A stretch of 64,000 bases of DNA from Lingula anatina. Taxonomy: Eukaryota; Animalia; Brachiopoda. The notes under the pieces were generated by a model. It was not told the origin of the DNA. It searched no databases and saw only the letters and a program-made list of their open reading frames with translations. Made by a program: the position numbers and the translations under genes. The stretch is from the NCBI GenBank assembly GCA_051362555.1, contig CM120643.1, positions 9,672,001-9,736,000 of the forward strand, given 5' to 3'. Shown here one piece after another: positions 62,286-64,000 of the stretch (the stretch's first letter is position 1; each line of letters begins with the position of its first letter).

Positions 62286-62436
62286 TCCACGGGTTCAAAA
62301 GAACATGCCTTTTTGCTGGGAAAAGGTCCACTCGGGGTAAATTTGATCTAGGTAAAAAACTAAGATTTTAGGTTAAAAGGTCCACATTTTCAGAAAAAGA
62401 CCCCCCCCCCTTTTGCAATTGCTGGCTACGCGCCTC
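62244..62436. mobile_element. hAT-like MITE family C
   Basis: GGCCCGTAGCC / GGCTACGCGCC termini; interior is the reverse complement of the 41322 copy; long poly-G. Confidence 0.75.
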
Positions 62437-64000
62437 ACGTGCAAGTACCTGTGCACAGCCTGGAGATGGAGCTTTATTCTATTCCAGCTTAATCAGAAGT
62501 TCAAATCAGTTGCTCGAGTGAGTCATAATTTGGACATATTACTATAATCACTGCCATTTTGTCAGTGCATCCAGGCATCAGCAAATATGAGACAATTTTT
62601 TTTTCTTAAAGAAGACATGCAAATCCAAATTGTTTTTTAGACGTTTAATAAACACCTAATGCTGTGTCATTATTTTATTAATATAACTCTAACTTCACAT
62701 CTGTACCAAGTTAGTTCAGAAATTTGGACTCCCTAACATTACCAAGCAACCAAAAGACAATTTCACAAAGCCATTATTGTATGAAGGAATGCCGTTTGGG
62801 TGACGTTAACTTTCATGAAAACTCGTTTGCTGATCTAGGCTACGAGAAGGAAATGCTCCAGTTTACATCAATTTTCATCCTCACAGCATACTAGAACTGT
62901 ACAATACATATTGTAATTTAGTGTTGAAGAAGCAGGTTGCATCTGGTGACAGCATTTAGTTAATTTCTAGTCTAAGTTGATCCTGTTGTGAACATAACTC
63001 AAGTAGACATCTCATTTGAATATAGAATACTACATGTATACTGACAAAGACAAATCCTTCTTCAATGTACTTGTTAATATGATTCGTAGCACTGCCAAAT
63101 CATGGTTATTTCTCACTAAGTTTGAACAAATTCATAATGTACATGTGCAATTTTCCAATTTAAGTGTAAAAAAGTAGTTCTAATAACTCATAAGCTAGTA
63201 TCCTTTTATGCAGGATGTATGAAGTATGTTTTTGTGAACAACAAAATATAAGGAAATTTGTAAAAAAAAAAAATAAATAAATATGCCATAGAAATAAAGC
63301 ATCCAAAATTTGTGAGTAAATACCATAATATGCCCGCAGCAGTGCTTTTACAGTGATCCAGGTATATGATCACTATAGGATGTGGTGTCAGCCCATTTAA
63401 AACTGAATATTAAGTCTTATTGAAAGCAGACATGCAATTTACTCTACTATAAAGGATAGGGTACTTCAGGCCGTGAAAAGGTGCATAATATTTTAGGCAT
63501 GATAAATGTTTGTATCAGTGGATATTTCTTTCCTGTCAGAGTTAAAATAGGGACAATTTATGGGATATTTAGCACATAATCTTCATAACTGTTTCTATAC
63601 AAGTATGCAGCATTTTCTTAGAGACAAAGGCATGCCATCTGACTATGCATTTCTGACTATGCATTAAATGAAATTAGTACTAGTATTAACCCCTGTCAAA
63701 AATTGCATTTATTCAAGTGAAGTGAAAGTGCCTAGAAATGCAAGCATGAACATGTAACCCTTAAAGGCTTTGAGCAATAAGTGAAGAAAAGTTCATCGAA
63801 AAAAAAAAAAAAAAAAACATTACGCTTTAAAATGAATGCTTCTAGCAAAACTTGTTGATCCAAGCCACTCATGTTACCAAAGCTTATTTTGTTTTTTTCT
63901 CTGTCAGGTCACACACTTAATATATTATGTCACTAATATTGAAAAGCAACCCATGCACCTACTCTAAAGTTAAAACCATTTCATATACATAGTATGTAAG

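Noticed and set aside
57300-64000. Additional protein-coding gene in the last 7 kb
   Set aside because: No chain of exons or recognisable motifs; probably TG-2 upstream or intronic sequence.

Overview
AT-rich, intron-rich animal genomic DNA, probably an invertebrate (taxon not determinable from sequence alone). From left to right: (1) a 3.6-kb pogo-superfamily DD35D DNA transposon with TIRs and a 3-exon transposase broken by one in-frame stop; (2) about 10 kb of non-autonomous transposon remnants, two tRNA-like units and a candidate small spliced orphan ORF; (3) two tandem minus-strand transglutaminase paralogues (TG-1, 17492-32777, 15 exons; TG-2, 44036-54280, 15 exons in the basic model) with matching intron phases and intact Cys-His-Asp triads; (4) between them, on the same strand, a 3-exon gene for a small secreted stand-alone von Willebrand type D (VWD) domain protein. 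Most notable: both TGase genes appear to have alternative first exons. TG-1 has a lipidation-type MGCGTS exon versus a non-lipidated MYREY exon pair that has a counterpart (MYGDY) in TG-2. Also notable are a minisatellite made from the exon-1 splice donor, a gene-conversion-like tract between the paralogues, and many MITEs with 5-bp (hAT5-like) and 3-bp (Harbinger-like) TSDs. All gene models were built by hand from GT-AG sites and paralogue comparison; there is no transcript or database evidence.
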